From: Snowella sp. | GTDB lineage: Bacteria > Cyanobacteriota > Cyanobacteriia > Cyanobacteriales > Microcystaceae | Direction of reading: 5' to 3' | NCBI GenBank assembly: GCA_035285545.1 | Contig: JAYKGY010000036.1 | Span: 1-64,000, forward strand | Length of the DNA: 64,000 bases | In this document: one piece after another, positions 61,749-64,000 of the stretch | Layout of the letters: every line of letters begins with the position of its first letter | Numbering within the stretch: position 1 is the first letter of the stretch | Notes under the pieces: generated by a model | Databases searched by the model: none | The model's input: only the letters and a program-made list of their open reading frames with translations | What the model was told of the DNA's origin: nothing | Position numbers and translations under genes: made by a program

Positions 61749-63005
61749 ATGACCAAAATAGCGTATTTTGACTGTCCGACAGGCATTTCAGGGGATATGT
61801 GCCTGGGTGCCCTCGTCGATGCGGGTGTTCCTTTAGAATACCTGATTGAGCAATTAAAAAAACTCGGTTTAGAGAAAGAATATCAACTTTGGAGTGAAAA
61901 AGTTCAGCGTCAAGGGCAGGCTGCTACCAAGGTTAATGTGGATTTATTCGCATTAGAAACCGATCATCATCACCATCATCATGCACCGGCTCGTCATCTT
62001 CCTGAGATTGTACAACTGATTCAAGCGGCTGAGTTGCCTAACCGTGTTCGGGATTGGAGTTTACAAATTTTTAAAACCTTAGCGATCGCCGAAGGAGCCG
62101 TTCATGGGATTGCGCCCGAAGCTGTTCATTTTCATGAAGTGGGAGCCACCGACGCGATCGTTGATATTGTGGGAACCTGTTTAGGGTTGGATTATTTAGG
62201 CATTGAAAAAATTTATGCTTCTGCCCTACCGACAGGAGGGGGAACGGTTTGGGCTGCCCATGGTCGTTTACCTGTGCCTGTACCTGCGGTGGTTAAACTA
62301 TGGGAATCGCGCCAAGTCCCTGTTTACTCCAATGATATTGAAAAAGAATTAGTAACCCCCACAGGAGCCGCTATTTTAGTCACCTTAGCCGAATCCTTCG
62401 GTTCGCCGCCTCAATTGCAGTTACAAAAAATGGGGTTAGGCGCAGGCAATCAGGATTTACCCATTGCTAATATTTTGCGGCTTTGGTTAGGGGAAACGGT
62501 TGAAAGCCAACCCCAAATTGCTTCCTTTGCGAAGTCTGAAGAAATTGCCGTATTAGAAACCCAATTAGATGACCTCAATCCCCAAGCCATTGGCTATGTT
62601 TTAAACAAATTATTGCAAGCGGGAGCCGTTGATGTCTTTACCCAGGCAATCGGCATGAAAAAATCTCGCCCAGGCATTTTACTCACCGTTATTTGTCATC
62701 CTGACGCGATCGCGACTTGCCAAGAAATTATTTTTCGCGAAACCACGACGTTAGGGATTCGTTATTCTCTACAAAATCGCGCTATTTTAAAGCGAGAAAT
62801 GCAAATTGTAAAAACTCCCTATGGGCCCGTTAATATCAAGGTGGCCTATGGGGAGAATAACGGTAATCAAACCGTCCTTAATGTACAGTCTGAATATGAA
62901 GATTGTGTTAAGTTAGCCCAACAAACAGGTGAACCCTGGCAAGTGATTCATCAATCAGCGATCGCCGCTTGGTACAATAGCCAATCTCAACATTTGACGA
63001 GTTAA
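61749..63005 (+). CDS. larC: Nickel pincer cofactor biosynthesis protein LarC
   Basis: [13 protein letters not shown], poly-His, [28 protein letters not shown]. Confidence 0.92.
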   Translation: MTKIAYFDCPTGISGDMCLGALVDAGVPLEYLIEQLKKLGLEKEYQLWSEKVQRQGQAATKVNVDLFALETDHHHHHHAPARHLPEIVQLIQAAELPNRVRDWSLQIFKTLAIAEGAVHGIAPEAVHFHEVGATDAIVDIVGTCLGLDYLGIEKIYASALPTGGGTVWAAHGRLPVPVPAVVKLWESRQVPVYSNDIEKELVTPTGAAILVTLAESFGSPPQLQLQKMGLGAGNQDLPIANILRLWLGETVESQPQIASFAKSEEIAVLETQLDDLNPQAIGYVLNKLLQAGAVDVFTQAIGMKKSRPGILLTVICHPDAIATCQEIIFRETTTLGIRYSLQNRAILKREMQIVKTPYGPVNIKVAYGENNGNQTVLNVQSEYEDCVKLAQQTGEPWQVIHQSAIAAWYNSQSQHLTS

Positions 63006-63023
63006 CCTCAAAACTTGGGACTG

Positions 63024-63857
63024 CTAAACCCGATATTCCTTAACCAAGGTAGAGTTTACCCACTGCCCCTTCTCGTTGTAGCTGCGAATTAACCGTTGGC
63101 GTTCATTTTCAGTAACCAGCCAGCCCACTTCGATAAAAAACGGTTGCCGCAATTCCAGTTTTGAAGGTGCATTACTAGACCCACCATCGGGAAGTAATAA
63201 AACTTGTCTTGGGGTTAGTCCTTCCTCGAAAACCAGCTTTTTTCCTTCGATTCGCGCTTTTGAGCTAAAAGATTGAGTACCAAAACTTAGGGTTTGTTGT
63301 AGCCGATCTTCGGCGATCGCGTTAATTTCGAGCCGAGTTGACAAAGTTTCTGAAGGTGTCCAGTCTGCATAAACCGTTGTGGCTGTGCCTTCCCAGATTC
63401 CGAGTAACTGATCTACGGTTAATTCTGGACGTTCTTGGGCATCTGTTCCTTGCCGAAATTCCCGAATTAATGTTAAAGAACTGAATTTAGCTTCCTTATC
63501 GTAGAGTTGCACCAATCGTAAACGGCGATCGCCGGCAATAAAACCTGACTCTACCCCAAACTCAGAAAAAGGCGCGAATTGAAAAGCCCCTTTAGAAAAT
63601 GTCCCCGTTTCAAAAAAAATAATTTGATTGCCCACCGACCGATAATCTTGAACATAATCCTGAGTGGGTTCAGTATTGTAATCTCCTTGCCCAAACCGTC
63701 TCAGCCGAAAACGAACTAATTGATTGTCTTCTAAGCCTTCTAAATTTAAGATAGATGGAGTTGAACCTAAGATTTCACCATCAACTGAAACCTGGGTAAA
63801 GGAACCGCGCCATTCTCCTATATTTTTGAGAAAATTTTCCCAATTGTTTTCCATCAT
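63024..63857 (-). CDS. DUF3598-like beta-barrel protein
   Basis: WENFLKNIGEWRGSF and second half LLGIWEG, LLPDGG, RQRLIRSY; two similar halves. Confidence 0.75.
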   Translation of the reverse strand: MMENNWENFLKNIGEWRGSFTQVSVDGEILGSTPSILNLEGLEDNQLVRFRLRRFGQGDYNTEPTQDYVQDYRSVGNQIIFFETGTFSKGAFQFAPFSEFGVESGFIAGDRRLRLVQLYDKEAKFSSLTLIREFRQGTDAQERPELTVDQLLGIWEGTATTVYADWTPSETLSTRLEINAIAEDRLQQTLSFGTQSFSSKARIEGKKLVFEEGLTPRQVLLLPDGGSSNAPSKLELRQPFFIEVGWLVTENERQRLIRSYNEKGQWVNSTLVKEYRV

Positions 63858-63876
63858 GACGATTCATCTCCCATTG

Positions 63877-63945
63877 AAAAAGCACTCAGGAGTCTTGCCG
63901 TGTTTCGACCCTAAGTGCCTTCTCTCAAACTTTTTCCTCACACCT
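63877..63945 (-). ncRNA. yfr2: Yfr2-family small RNA
   Basis: Minus strand has 5' GGTGTGAGGA, then hairpin GCACTTAGGGTC-GAAACACGGCAA-GACTCCTGAGTGC and TTTTT. Ends approximate. Confidence 0.75.
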
Positions 63946-63951
63946 GTCTAT

Positions 63952-63980
63952 AGTATTCAATAGCTCCCTAGCTTTGTCAA
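63952..63980 (-). promoter_or_regulatory. Sigma70-type promoter of yfr2 / DUF3598 gene
   Basis: TTGACA (63980-63975), 17-nt spacer, AATACT (63957-63952). Confidence 0.65.
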
Positions 63981-64000
63981 CCTCACAATTGCTTTTTCTA

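Larger units (their letters stand above)
1..64000. repeat. HIP1 octamer GCGATCGC dispersed throughout the window
   Basis: Dozens of copies, e.g. 483-490, 684-691, 1540-1547, 50089-50096, 51213-51220. Hallmark of cyanobacterial chromosomes. Confidence 0.95.

Noticed and set aside
63935..63944. TCCTCACACC on the plus strand as Yfr1
   Set aside because: Incomplete motif; promoter, hairpin loop and U-tract all fit a minus-strand Yfr2 instead.

Overview
Chromosomal segment of a unicellular cyanobacterium, judged from abundant HIP1 GCGATCGC sites and Synechocystis-like gene content. Housekeeping genes (queF, surE, rlpA, purM, a Na+/H+ antiporter, guaB, acnB, leuD, grxC, uvrB, trpA, rfbC, larC) are interspersed with accessory modules. 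These are: (i) a light-sensing phosphorelay cluster with an RcaC-like regulator, a kinase carrying two cyanobacteriochrome GAF domains, a CheY-like protein and two atypical receivers that share an upstream motif; (ii) an ABC-ATPase plus TOPRIM (DUF3226-like) pair, a candidate defence system; (iii) a consolidated copM-copBAC-copRS copper cluster with two identical TTTCAT-N5-TTTCAT boxes; (iv) an IS4-family element that truncates a hybrid kinase and supplies a new start codon; (v) an internally deleted xisH next to xisI; (vi) a TumA/TumE-like toxin-antitoxin pair directly upstream of T4-type RNA ligase and polynucleotide kinase/phosphatase genes, the most novel-looking locus; (vii) a cobalamin riboswitch ahead of cbtB and an unrecognised His-rich membrane protein; and (viii) a Yfr2-like sRNA at the right end. 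No rRNA, tRNA or CRISPR array was seen. All family assignments come from motif recognition by eye, not from database searches.
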